From positions 1,312,001-1,376,000 of the forward strand of contig CAWGMQ010000006.1 in the NCBI GenBank assembly GCA_963823665.1: a stretch of DNA of 64,000 nucleotides. Direction: 5' to 3'. Both the position numbers and the translations under genes were made by a program. Source of the stretch: an uncultured Planctomycetota bacterium (GTDB taxonomy: Bacteria; Planctomycetota; Planctomycetia; Isosphaerales; Isosphaeraceae). Each line of letters opens with the position of its first letter. The stretch's first letter is position 1. Shown in pieces: positions 20,830-30,900 of the stretch. Under the pieces are notes generated by a model, which saw only the letters and a list, made by a program, of their open reading frames with translations, was not told the DNA's origin and did not search any database.

Positions 20830-21191
20830 GGCTTTCCCGGATATAAAACTTCCCGGTCGATCCTCGTTGGCGCGTGATGGTGCGTCTAGCGCCGGAGGTC
20901 GACGAATGATCCCGATGATGAATGTCGTCGCCTGGAACAACGTCGTTTCTTGGGTCGGGGATTCGTCGCGTGGAGCAAGATCCGGCTCGCGTGGGACCCT
21001 CACATCAACCATGGATACTGCGCCTTAAGACCCGTCCGAAGCGATCTGCTCTAAGGGACACCCGTATAGAATTCCCAGAATCGGCGGCGTCAGGCAAAAT
21101 AAACTAAGACGGGTGCCCAACACAGGTTAGAATGAAGGCGAAATCACGGCTAGCCCCGGTGGAGTGCGTCCCGAGCTAGGCGAAGCCCGAT

Positions 21192-21950
21192 TTGGATCAA
21201 CGGTGTGAAAGGTTGTTGTCTGTGAGCATTGGCGACCTGATCCGGGGGCTCTTCGTACCGCCTGGATATCAAGATGATCAACCGAGCGAGAGTCCCTTAG
21301 CCGCGCAGCGGCAAGCGCTTAAGCGAGTTTGGTCAGGCGAAAAAAAATCAGTTGGACTCGAACGCCTTCTCAGATTGAGCCTCGCCGCGATGGTATTCTT
21401 GTTGCCCTCCATCTACGTGCGGCAACTTTACGGTCGTCGCAGTTTACTCGGTCGTAAGATTGGCAGCGATTTGCTCGTAGTGATGAAGATGCTCTTGCCC
21501 TCGCTTCTGCTACTCTTTCAAACCCGCAGCGTCTTCGGGGCCGTTGTTGTGAGCTTGTTGCTCCTAGAAACGATCATTTAGGTGGCGGGAAATTTGATGC
21601 TGGCGGATATCTATGGGCACCAGTTCTCCGATCGGCGAACCTTCGTGCTATTGCTTGTGAATTATTGGGAAATAACCATTTCATTCGCTTACTTATATTT
21701 TCAAGCCGGAGTCGTGGGCAACTCCATGGCTGGAGTCCGTGCTAGCTCGACATTCATCGAAGCAATTTACTTTAGTACGGTGGTGTCAACGACCCTTGGG
21801 TTTGGCGATGTTTTTCCAAAGACCGACCTGGGCCGGATGATGCTCACTGTCCACGTATGGATGGTAGCAATTGTAATCATGACGGTCGTGAGCAGCGTCC
21901 TCGTGGATGTGCGAAAAGTCCCCCAGGATTCGTCGAACCAGACAGTCTAA
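21192..21950 (+). pseudogene. potassium channel family protein with in-frame TAG (21579-21581)
   Basis: AIYFSTVVSTTLGFGDVFP selectivity-filter motif; two in-frame ORFs separated by one stop. Confidence 0.75.
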
Positions 21951-22179
21951 CTCCTCGCCCAATACGGGCGCCGACCAGTGCCGTCAAAATTGTCACCGGG
22001 CGCTTCAAAACCAGCCAATTATGGGCGCTTATCGGTAGTTCAAAACCAGCCACCCCGTTCGGGTAGTTACATTGGTCAATTCAATACAGCTCTACGGTAA
22101 TCACGACTGACTGAGAACTTGCTTTGCTTGGCCGAATCGGTCTTTGACTTTTCCGGCGGAGCCGAATTGGCTCCTCATT

Positions 22180-23103
22180 TTAACGCTTCGTTGTGGTCTT
22201 GCCTCCTCCCTTTCCGCTGGCGTTGGAGCCAGATGGCGCCTTGGCTGGTTTTGAATCTGGTGGGTTCTCTTCCGACCCGGAGGGCGCTTTGGCTGGTTTT
22301 GAATTCGAACCACCATGCTCAGAGCCGGAGGGCGCTTTGGCTGGTTTTGAATCTTCAAACCCGTTTCCGCCCGAAGCCGATTGGTGCCGCAGGCGGTAAC
22401 TTCGGCCCTCCAATCGCACGAGCTCGGCATGATGCAGGAATCGATCCAAGATCGCCGTGGCACTCGGCACATCCCCGAGAAGCTTTCCCCAATCCTCGAG
22501 CGGACGGTTCGATGTCATCATCGTTGACCGTGTCTCATACCGCCGCATCACGACCTCGAAGAGACATTCACCGGAACGCCTCGGCAATTGCTTCATTCCC
22601 ATGTCGTCGATGATCAACAACTCGGGCTTCAGGTACATCGTCAGCATCTTGTCCTCCTGCCCCAACACCTGATCATGCAGGAAGTCCCGGACCAGGTCGA
22701 AGACCGAGCGGTAAAGAACCGTGTAACCGGCCTTGACGGCTTGATACCCGATCGCTTGTACGAGATGGCTCTTTCCGAGGCCGGGCGGTCCCAGCCAGAG
22801 CACGTCGCGCCCTTCGCGGAGGAACCGACAGCTCGCCAAGTCGTACACCTGCTTGCGGGGGATCGACGGGTTGAACGACCAGTCGAAGTCTTCCAACGAC
22901 TTCCGCTCGCGAAACTCAGCCGCTTTGAACCGTCGCTGGAATTGGCGATCGGCTCGCACCGCCAGCTCGTCTTGAAGGATCAGCTCAAGGAACTCGCTGT
23001 GGCTGAGGCCGTGGCCAGCGGCCTCCTGTAGGCGAATCTCCAGGCTCTCCAAGAGTCCGGAGAGCCGTAGTTGCCTCAATACATTTCTCAGTGGTTCATT
23101 CAT
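22180..23103 (-). CDS. istB: IS21 helper ATPase with repetitive C-terminal extension
   Basis: GPPGLGKSHL Walker A, LLIIDDMG Walker B, TSNRP, AILDRFLHH. Confidence 0.95.
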   Translation of the reverse strand: MNEPLRNVLRQLRLSGLLESLEIRLQEAAGHGLSHSEFLELILQDELAVRADRQFQRRFKAAEFRERKSLEDFDWSFNPSIPRKQVYDLASCRFLREGRDVLWLGPPGLGKSHLVQAIGYQAVKAGYTVLYRSVFDLVRDFLHDQVLGQEDKMLTMYLKPELLIIDDMGMKQLPRRSGECLFEVVMRRYETRSTMMTSNRPLEDWGKLLGDVPSATAILDRFLHHAELVRLEGRSYRLRHQSASGGNGFEDSKPAKAPSGSEHGGSNSKPAKAPSGSEENPPDSKPAKAPSGSNASGKGGGKTTTKR

Positions 23104-23393
23104 GGAGAAAACTCCTGGTGTGGTGTGGAAAATGTCGTGCTCGATCTCGATCGCCGATCACAGAATCAAAATGTCATCTCCGTCCCTCCCGCCTTCGCCA
23201 TCGCCTCGCCCTCACTTGAACTGGGCGAGGCGATGGCGAAGGTGGGAGGGAGCATCCCTCTTGCCGAGCCGGAGCTGAGCCCCGTCCCCTCTTTTTCGCC
23301 GGAAACTCGGTAGCCACTGCAACGTTGTTTGCACCGTGACCGGCGGAGGTCTGCCAAGTCGATTCAGGCACTCCCGCTCAAAGCAACTCTGAT

Positions 23394-24974
23394 TCATGAG
23401 TTGTTCCCCTCGTATCGAGATTGGAATGCGTCGCGGACAAACTGGCCATATTCACTCATTGGTCGGATCATAGGATGCTCGTTCATGAATGGCAGCAACT
23501 CTTGCTTGGGTCCCTGGCGCTTCAGGAGCGCACGGATTGTCCGGAGGCGATACTCGCCGTAACCGTGCGCAATTTCGCAAGCGTGATCGATTGCCGAGGC
23601 GAGATGCCGGCTGGAAAGGTTCAAAAGGCCGATCAACACTCGCACTCCCTCGACTCCGCGGGCTCGGATCATCGCCTCTGCCCAAGCGGTGCTCTTGGGT
23701 CCCAGCCGAGTGGTCACTCTGCGCAGAAGCCAGGCTGCCCCTTTCTCGACCCCGCTGATCTTATTGGGGTGAATCAGTTCAGGCGGTGTGCTGAAACGAC
23801 CTGGTTCCTTCCTGAGATGCACGGCGATCTTCTCCATCCGATCGTTGTAGATCGACACCAGGCGGCTGTCCCAGCGCACCCAGACGTCCCGGTCCCGGTA
23901 TTCCGGCGGCACCGCATAGTAGGCCCGCTTGACCTCAACATGGCCATCGCGGTGGACAGTGCGGCGGCCCTCGTGGAACGACGGGAATAGACCCAATGGC
24001 AACGGTACCAGTGCCTCGCGCTCGACCTCGGCGAAATGCTTGCCGACCTGGCGACGGGTGGTGCCATGGATCCGGGTGTCAGCGACGGTCAGCTCCCAGT
24101 TCAGTAGGAAAGCATTCTGCTCCTCCAGGCTGGGGAATCGCCGTGCCTTGAGAGCGTTGCTCTGGACGTAGTCGACGCTTTTTTCGACCTTTCCCTTGTG
24201 CCGAGGTGTCCGGGGTCGCGTGGGCCAGAAGACAAAGCCGTAGTGCTCTCCGAAGGAGCGGACCTTGGGATTGAGCTCGGGATCAAACCAGTCGGCCTTC
24301 GTCACGGCGGCCTTCAGGTTATCCAGAACCAACCGTCTCGGTACGCCACCGAAGTGGCGAAAGGCACTTTCAATGCAGCGAAGGAATTCATCGGTGGTCT
24401 GGCGATAGACGGCCTCGGAGTAGGCCTTGCGAGAGTGGGACAGCACGATGCGGAAGACATGGGTTCTGCGGCGCTTGCCGTCGGTTGTGTAAACCGGAGC
24501 ACCAGTGCCGAAGTCGACCTGGGCCTCCTCCCCTGGCTCACACTCAAGGCGCCGGAAGGGAAGCTCTTGTACCGGCTCGAGGCGGCGAACAAAGCGACGG
24601 ACGGTGTAGTAGCTCCCCTGGAAGCCGTGTTCGGACGAGAGATCCTGGTAAATGCGTTGGGCGCTCAGGCCCTGGTTAAGCTTGGACTGAATGATGTCTC
24701 GCCAAGGCTCGCAATCGCTGAGTCGACCGCGAGCTTGGCTGCCGCGGTCGCTGGCCGAAGCGAGTGTCGGGACAGCCGCGCTTGCTGCAATTTCAGGGCC
24801 GCTCGAGCCGGAGGGCGCAATGGCTGGTTTTGGCGCCTCTCTGGCCTGCTTGAGGTAGCGAGCGACCGTCTCACGATTGATGTCCAGCTCGATGGCGATT
24901 TGGCGCTGGGACCATCCCCTGCGATGCAGGGACAAGATAGCGTCTATCATGGCCACTTTGAGGCAATTCGACAT
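23394..24974 (-). CDS. istA: IS21 DDE transposase
   Basis: N-terminal HTH, PGEEAQVDFG, LVLDNLKAAV, KGKVEKSV. Confidence 0.95.
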   Translation of the reverse strand: MSNCLKVAMIDAILSLHRRGWSQRQIAIELDINRETVARYLKQAREAPKPAIAPSGSSGPEIAASAAVPTLASASDRGSQARGRLSDCEPWRDIIQSKLNQGLSAQRIYQDLSSEHGFQGSYYTVRRFVRRLEPVQELPFRRLECEPGEEAQVDFGTGAPVYTTDGKRRRTHVFRIVLSHSRKAYSEAVYRQTTDEFLRCIESAFRHFGGVPRRLVLDNLKAAVTKADWFDPELNPKVRSFGEHYGFVFWPTRPRTPRHKGKVEKSVDYVQSNALKARRFPSLEEQNAFLLNWELTVADTRIHGTTRRQVGKHFAEVEREALVPLPLGLFPSFHEGRRTVHRDGHVEVKRAYYAVPPEYRDRDVWVRWDSRLVSIYNDRMEKIAVHLRKEPGRFSTPPELIHPNKISGVEKGAAWLLRRVTTRLGPKSTAWAEAMIRARGVEGVRVLIGLLNLSSRHLASAIDHACEIAHGYGEYRLRTIRALLKRQGPKQELLPFMNEHPMIRPMSEYGQFVRDAFQSRYEGNNS

Positions 24975-25835
24975 GGTGCGGCTCCAGGAAAGGGGTCTCC
25001 CGAAAGCCTACATGTCGAATCCGCGTCTCCTCATTAGTGGCTGGTTTTGAAGCGCCCCATGGTGGCTGGTTTTGAGCGCCCGCTGTCATGCTACAAATGA
25101 GGCTTCACTATGAGCGATCAATCCGCTGGCGGACTTTCGTCTGTGATTTTTCCTTGCTGGAATCAGCTCCCCACGGCGCCTGCGCCGTGCGCACATACAG
25201 AATGAATTCTGTCGATTGATCGATATTATCGCTGGAATCGGGAATCTTTGTGAAGATATCCCGGTCGACGGCGCGTCCAGTCTGCAAAGTCGTCGCATAC
25301 TGTAGATGAGCGGGTGCGCGGCGCCGCGGCGCCATTTTGCCGCGCGCGGTCAAAAGGCTGACGGCACCTCTGTCGTGTTTCGGAGGCACCGCCAAAGTCC
25401 CGAGGGATTCCTTAACTCGGGATCGGGTTCTCGGAGTCGGAACGATATATGAGAGTCAGATCAAGATCTGAATTTGGATTTCACCGCCGCCAGTTTACAC
25501 TAGTGTACGGATGCTGGACGACCCCCTAGATATTGCCACTTATTGCCATTTTTTTCGAGGAATGCGGCGATTGCTTTGGGTGGTGTGGCTGCTCTGTAAG
25601 TGCAATAAGCGTAATCAAATCGGAATAGCGCGAGGCGTTCTTACTCGATGGCGAAATTCTCATGGCAAAGGTCAGCAAGAATTGCCATTCTCAATCGCGG
25701 GTGTTGTTCACTATGTTTTTGGGCTGTATTTTCACTGCAGTCGGAGGGAGATTCTCGGTGCCTGGTGGGGATGGAATTCCCCTCGCGCAATCCCCCCTCC
25801 GCTGCGTTCGGGGGCTGTGGGGCTGGGGCTCGCGC

Positions 25836-27399
25836 CTTTGTCCTTACCATCATTTTCTGGTGGTCATAGGTGCGCTTCCCCGGCCTTTTCCCGGCTTTTC
25901 TCGCTTCGCACCTGGTAATATCAAGCCAAGCCACACGCTGAGGTGGGGGGGAGGGATCGCGTTTCAACCGCCGGAGCCTCGGATGGACGCCTTTCTTTCA
26001 GATGCGCAGACTTGGGCCATGACCCAATTCGCCACCACTGATCTTCATGACGAACGCCGTACCAAACGACTCGTTCTGTTGGCAACGCAGATCGCCGCAG
26101 ATCCGTCCGGGAGTTTTCCTCAGCAAACCGAATCCTGGAATGATCTGAGGGCCGCATACAATTTCTTCGATTGTGAGGACGTCACCTTTCAAGCGATCGC
26201 CAGTCACCATTGGGAGCTTACCAAGAAGACAGCAGGTGAGCGTCAATTGATCATCGCAGACACGACCGAAATCGATTACGGGCCGTGCCGACAGGTCACA
26301 GGTCTTTCGCCGGTTGGTTCGGGTATCGGACAAGGCTTTCACCTTCACTCGGGTTTGATGGTTTCCCCCGAAGACGACCGGGTTCACGGCTTGGCCGGAC
26401 AACTGATCTATCATCGTCAGCGCGTTCGTAAGGGGGAGACGCGGACCGAACGGTTGCAGCGTGACGATCGCGAATCACAGATCTGGGGTGATCTTGTCAT
26501 CCAAATGGGATCCCCGCCGTCGGGAACCTCCTGGATTCACGTAGTTGATCGTGGCGCCGACGACTTTGAGTTTTTCTATCACTGCCAGCAGACAGAAACC
26601 GAATGGGTGGCGCGAGCCAAGAGCCTGATCCGGATCATTATCACGCCGGAGAGCGGGGAAACGCCGCTGAAAGCCTACTTAGGGACCCTGCCGCGGGCTG
26701 GATGTTACACGCTCAATCTGCGGGCTCGCCCCAAAGCACCGGCTCGGACGGCCAAGCTGGTGGTCGCCATCGGGGCCTTACGGATGCCGACGCCGAAACT
26801 CAAAAGCCCATTTCTGAAGCAGGTCAAGCCCGCGGCGATCCCCATGTGGGTCGTCTGGGTGCGCGAGGTAGATGCTCCCGACGGAGTGGAGGCGATCGAG
26901 TGGGTGCTTTACACTTCTTTGCTGGTGGAGGATTTTGAAGATGCTATGGCGATCGTGGGGTACTACGGGAAGAGGTGGCTAATCGAGGAGTGGCACAAGG
27001 TCCTGAAAACAGGCTTTCAGGTAGAACGTCGCCAGCTCAAGACGTGCGATCGTCTCGAAGCCATGATGGGATTGATGTCTGTGGAAGCACTGCGGTTGTT
27101 CCAGTTGAAGGGAATGGCGCGGACAGCTCCCGAGCAGCCTGCGACCGAGGTGGTACCGCCCAAATACGTGATGATGCTGAAGGTGGTGCGCAGATTGACG
27201 CCCACGACAATATTAACTGCGGGAGGATTTTTTCGGGAGTTGGCCAAGCTGGGAGGGTTCCTGGGCCGCCGCCACGATGGGGAGCCAGGTTGGATGACGA
27301 TCTGGCGGGGTTGGGACAAGCTGCAGATCATGATCCGGGCGCCGAGGCTATCATCGACGTATCTTCATCGGTATGATGAAGATGATGGTAAGGACAAAG
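25836..27399 (+). mobile_element. IS4 family (IS50/Tn5-like) insertion sequence
   Basis: IRs CTTTGTCCTTACCATCAT / ATGATGGTAAGGACAAAG; 8-bp direct repeat GCTCGCGC (25828-25835, 27400-27407). Confidence 0.9.
25983..27376 (+). CDS. IS4 family transposase (frameshift near the 3' end, ~27338)
   Basis: WAMTQF..DL.D.RRTKRL, IADTTE, VVDRGAD, Y..RWLIEEWHKVLKTG, AKLGGFLGR..DGEPG. Confidence 0.92.
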
Positions 27400-27624
27400 G
27401 CTCGCGCCCCAGGCTTTATGATGTCGCCCCGGTTCGGGGCTGGGGGAGAACGCGGCGGGATTATCCACAGTTGCGCCGCGTCCGGCCATTTCGTTGCGGG
27501 CCGCGAATGAAGATCGATCAGTCGTTTGCGCTCGGTTCTTCCGGAGGAAACATGCACGATTCTACACGGATTAACTGTTTTTCGATCATTGATTGATTTT
27601 GGGATGATCAAGTGGCACAGGTAG

Positions 27625-27755
27625 CGATTATTCCTGCGCCACACGGATCGAGAAGGGCGGCAACGGGTTGCGATTGAATCGTGCGCGCCCGATTATTCCT
27701 GCGCCACACGTAAACCCAATCGCCGCAAGGCTGTGGCGCATGTGGCGCAGAAAAT
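27625..27755. repeat. 21-bp direct repeat plus inverted TGCGCCACA cores
   Basis: CGATTATTCCTGCGCCACACG at 27625 and 27690; TGTGGCGCA at 27732 and 27741. Confidence 0.7.
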
Positions 27756-27918
27756 GGGGTGTCGCAAAAGTTTTCAAGCCCGCTGCCGGCGTGCGATCAG
27801 GTCATGTGCTTCGTAAGGAAGCCCACATCGTGGTATGCTCGATGACATTGTCATGCGTCTGTGAGACGATCTTTTCGCCGCGTGAGCACCGTTTCGACCT
27901 GCCCGGAAGGGATTGGCG

Positions 27919-30900
27919 ATGAGCGGGCCTGATCCCCGTCGAGATTTTGCTGAAGAGGCGACAGGGGTGGTGGACGCGCCGGATCGGGCCGGGGGCCCTC
28001 CTTCGACTGACCCTGCCTCGGATGCCTCCGTTTCGCGGGCGGTTCCGCCGACGGCTGCCGGCTCTGCGTTAGCCGGCTCGGGGCCGGGCCCGGGTCAGGA
28101 CCAGACGATTGCTCTGAGTGGCGACGAGATCGGCCAGCGCACGCTGATCGGTCGGCTGGGAGAGAACACCGGGATCGCGGCGGAGGAAGTCAGCGTTTCG
28201 TTCGGGGATTATTCGCTGATCCGGAAGATTGCCAGCGGCGGGATGGGTGCGGTGCATCTCGCGCGGCAGAACAGTCTGCATCGGACGGTTGCCCTGAAAA
28301 CGATCCTCGCGGGGCAACTGGAGTCGGATGAGCACGTTCACCGTTTTCACCAGGAGGCTGAGCTGGCCGCGCAGCTCGACCACCCTGGGATCGTGCCGAT
28401 TTACGAGGTCGGGGAGATCGCGGGGCAGCATTACTTTTCGATGGCGTACATCGAAGGGGGCACGCTGGCCGATCGGATCAAGGATCGGCCGCTGCCGTGC
28501 CGGGAGGCCGCCGAGCTGGTCCGGCAGGTGGCGCTGGCGCTCGGGTATGCCCATCGCCAGGGGGTCATCCACCGCGATTTGAAGCCGAGCAATGTGCTGC
28601 TCGATCGAGACGGGCATCCCAAGATCGCCGACTTTGGGGTGGCGAAGCTTGTGAGTGGGATCAGCCAGTTGACGCTGACCGGGCAGGTGCTGGGCACGCC
28701 GAGCTTCATGGCACCCGAGCAAGCCGGCGGCAAGACAGACGACATTGGTCCGCCTGCCGATCTCTATGCGCTCGGGGCGCTCCTGTATTGTCTGGTCACG
28801 GGCCGTCCGCCGTTTCAGGCTGCCACGCCGGTCGAGACGCTCAGGCAGGTGATGGAGCAAGAGCCGGTTTCGCCGCGGCAGCTCAATGCGGCGGTCGGGC
28901 AGGACCTGGAGACCATTTGTTTAAAGTGCTTGCAGAAAGAGCCGGGCAAGCGTTACGAGAGTGCCGAGAGCCTGGCCGACGACCTGGGGCGATACCTGGC
29001 TGATGAGCCGATCCGGGCTCGTCCGGTGGGGAGCATCGAGCGGCTGTGGCGCTGGTGCGTGCGCAACCGGCTTGCGGCTGGGCTGCTCGGCGGCCTGGTG
29101 CTGTCGTTCGTCATGGGCTTCATGGCCGTGTCGTTTTTCGCATTCCGGGCTGGGCGAGAGGCGGCGAGCGCGCGAGCAAGTGAGCGACGGGCCAAGGATG
29201 CGCAGGAATTCAGCGAACGGCGGTGGTACGCGGCCGAGTTGGGTCTTGCCCAGCAGAACTGGGAGAATGGCGAGACGACCAGACTGCGGAGCCGGCTGAA
29301 GGCGCTGCGGCCGGCTTATCCGACTGCGCCGGACTGGCGCGGCTTCGAATGGTACTACCTGGATCGGCTCGGTCGCCTGGAGCTGCGGAGGCTCTCCGGG
29401 CATGGCGAGCCGGTCCACAGCGTGGTCTTCAACCCTGACGGCCGCCTGCTGGCCTCGGCGGGCGGCGGGCTCAATCGCGGCGAGGCGGGCTCGCTCCGGA
29501 TCTGGGATTCGACAACCGGAGCAGTAATCCACGCGTGGGCTGGGCATACGGAAAGCGCCAATTGCGTGGCGTTTTCCCCCGACGGCGGGCAACTCGCCTC
29601 CGCAAGTGGGCTCTGGAACGGCCCCGGCGAGGTCAAGCTGTGGGACACTCGCACCGCGAAGGAGGTCCGCTCGCTGGCTGGTCAGACGGCACCGGTCTGG
29701 AGCCTGGCCTTCAGCTCAGACGGCCGGCGGCTGGCTGCGGGCACCGGCGCCTATGGCGAGGGCGGACGGCCGACTGCGGGTGACGTATTGATCTGGGACC
29801 TCGCCGGTGACGCGCACGTGGTCTGCTTGCGCGGGCATACGTCCGTTGTAAAAGGCGTTGCTTTCAGCCCTGATGGCCGATGGCTGGCAACGGGGGACGC
29901 CGATGGTGCCGTGAAGGTTTGGGACGCCGCGCAGGCCAAGGTGGTGCTGTCGCTCGAGGAGGCCAAGGCAGACGTTCTGTGCGTTGCCTTCAGCCCGGAC
30001 GGCCGGCAGCTTGCCGCGGCGAGCGTGGATCGGACGATCCGGGTGTGGGATGCGAGTCTGTGGAACACGCAAACTCCTGCAGGAACCAAGCCGCGTTTCG
30101 CGTTGCAGCACAAGACCCGCGTGTACAGCCTGGCGTTCAGTCCCGATGGCCGGCGGCTCGCTGCCGGATGCCTGGATCACTCCGTGCACATCTGGGATGT
30201 GACGGCCCAGACGGAGAGTCTGACGTTTTTCGCTCATGGGGACGCCGTTCTGGGTGTGGCGTTCAGCCCGGATGGCTGGCGGCTGGCGACGGCGAGCATG
30301 GACCAGACCGTGAAGATCTGGGACGCGACAACCGATCGAAAGACAGTTCCACTGCGCGAGCATAAGGAATATCCCGCTGCCGTCTCGGGCATCGCGTTCA
30401 GCGCCGACGGCAAGTGGCTCGCGAGCGCCGGGAACGACCGGGTGGTCAGGGTGTGGGACATGGCCAGTGCCCAGTTGAGCCAGACGCTGCAAGGGCCAGC
30501 CGACACGGTCAATAGCGTGGCGTTCAGCCCTGACGGGCGGTGGCTGGCGTGTGGGAGCACGGACCGAATCGTCCGGGTATGGGATCCCGCCACCGGGCGC
30601 CTGGTGCGGACGTTTGACGGTCTCGAGTTTTCAGGCAACGGCGTGGCATTCGCGCCCAACAATCGCTGGCTTGCCTGCGCCTCGGGCGAGTGGAAGAAGG
30701 CTGGAGCGGTCACGGTGTGGGACCTCGCGACCAACCAGGAAGTGCTTTCCATGCCCGCGCGCGGCGACCCTGGCGAACGTCTGGGATACTATTCGGTCGC
30801 GTTCAGCGGCGACGGCCGGTGGCTCGCGGCCGGCTGCTACGACGCGAGCGTGAAGTTGTGGGACCTATCCACCAAGAAACTCGCGCGGGCGCTTCGCGGC

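Larger units (their letters stand above)
21991..25088 (-). mobile_element. IS21 family insertion sequence
   Basis: terminal IRs TGTCACCGGGCGCTTCAAAACCAGCCA / TGGCTGGTTTTGAGCGCCCGCTGTCA with repeated subterminal units; istA plus istB; no obvious target duplication. Confidence 0.93.

Noticed and set aside
14241..21950. in-frame TAG codons in two genes suggesting amber recoding or pyrrolysine
   Set aside because: TAG ends normal genes here (e.g. arsR 1501-1503), no pyl genes are present, and both genes sit in a decaying region.
25662..25982. N-terminal extension of the IS4 transposase ORF
   Set aside because: It crosses the IS left end at 25836; the real start is most likely ATG 25983.
27625..27710. 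possible mini CRISPR array
   Set aside because: Only two 21-bp units, inverted copies adjacent, and no cas genes in the window.
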